Made by a program: the position numbers and the translations under genes
NCBI GenBank assembly: GCA_944386735.1
Contig: CALXCH010000002.1
Location: 90-64,089 of the forward strand
DNA: 64,000 bases
Reading direction: 5' to 3'
Source of the DNA: an uncultured Clostridia bacterium
Lineage (GTDB): Bacteria > Bacillota > Clostridia > TANB77 > CAG-508
Notes under the pieces: generated by a model
What the model saw: only the letters and a program-made list of their open reading frames with translations
Told to the model about the DNA's origin: nothing
Database searches by the model: none
Part shown: in pieces, positions 63,946-64,000 of the stretch
Position numbering within the stretch: the stretch's first letter is position 1
Layout of the letters: every line of letters starts with the position of its first letter

Positions 63946-64000
63946 CGATATTTATTATACCATTTATAACCTAATAAGTAAAGTGATTTTTCTTTTCATT

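Noticed and set aside
1-64000. A window-wide search for prophage, IS, integron, toxin-antitoxin, restriction-modification, CRISPR-Cas or known defence-system genes.
   Set aside because: None of the translated ORFs shows integrase, transposase, recombinase, reverse transcriptase, nuclease-ATPase defence or phage structural signatures. The GC-elevated genes are isolated single ORFs without mobility genes.

Overview
This is a 64-kb chromosomal segment from a very AT-rich, endospore-forming Firmicute that looks like a member of the Clostridia. My hand count of a typical gene sample gives about 27% G+C. I call 58 protein genes, all but seven on the minus strand, plus RNase P RNA (rnpB, about 63600-63945) and one T-box leader (45797-46045). 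Recognisable content, in order: accA/accD; a VanS/VanR-like two-component pair with a VanZ-like protein; a frameshifted smpB; two DUF2207 paralogues; fba; peroxiredoxin-cysK; pepD; nagZ; rqcH; addA with no adjacent addB; an asymmetric heterodimeric ABC exporter; lexA; the sporulation block spoIIQ-like/spoIID/sigF/spoIIAB/spoIIAA; valS; an ADH/ALDH/FIST/pfkA/amine-dehydrogenase-like cluster; and a PBP2a-type PBP with a GH25 muramidase and a BlaI/BlaR1-like pair. I saw no rRNA, tRNA, CRISPR, transposase, integrase or phage genes. Observations worth a second look: (1) H3, a modular multi-hairpin repeat (GGGGACGTTTCC / GCGACA / GTGTTCA modules). It occurs at five loci, always just 3' of the stop codon of a minus-strand gene and in the same polarity. 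One copy splits spoIIAA from spoIIAB, and another has its hairpin core inverted. (2) Single-gene, GC-elevated orphan cassettes of unknown function, each with its own promoter and terminator. Two sit in tandem between spoIIA and valS and one sits next to rnpB, and they share promoter sequence. (3) Two further hairpin repeat families: H2 (T6-GACCCCGTCCC-A6) and H1 (AACTTCTTTCAT..ATGAAAGRAGTT, with one copy covering a Shine-Dalgarno). (4) smpB is broken by a 1-nt frameshift. (5) A divergent DnaB-like helicase is translationally coupled to a CpcT/CpeT-like protein inside an envelope-protein operon. I cannot name a complete novel multi-gene system with confidence. H3 and the orphan cassettes are the best candidates, and both need database and comparative checks that I cannot run here.
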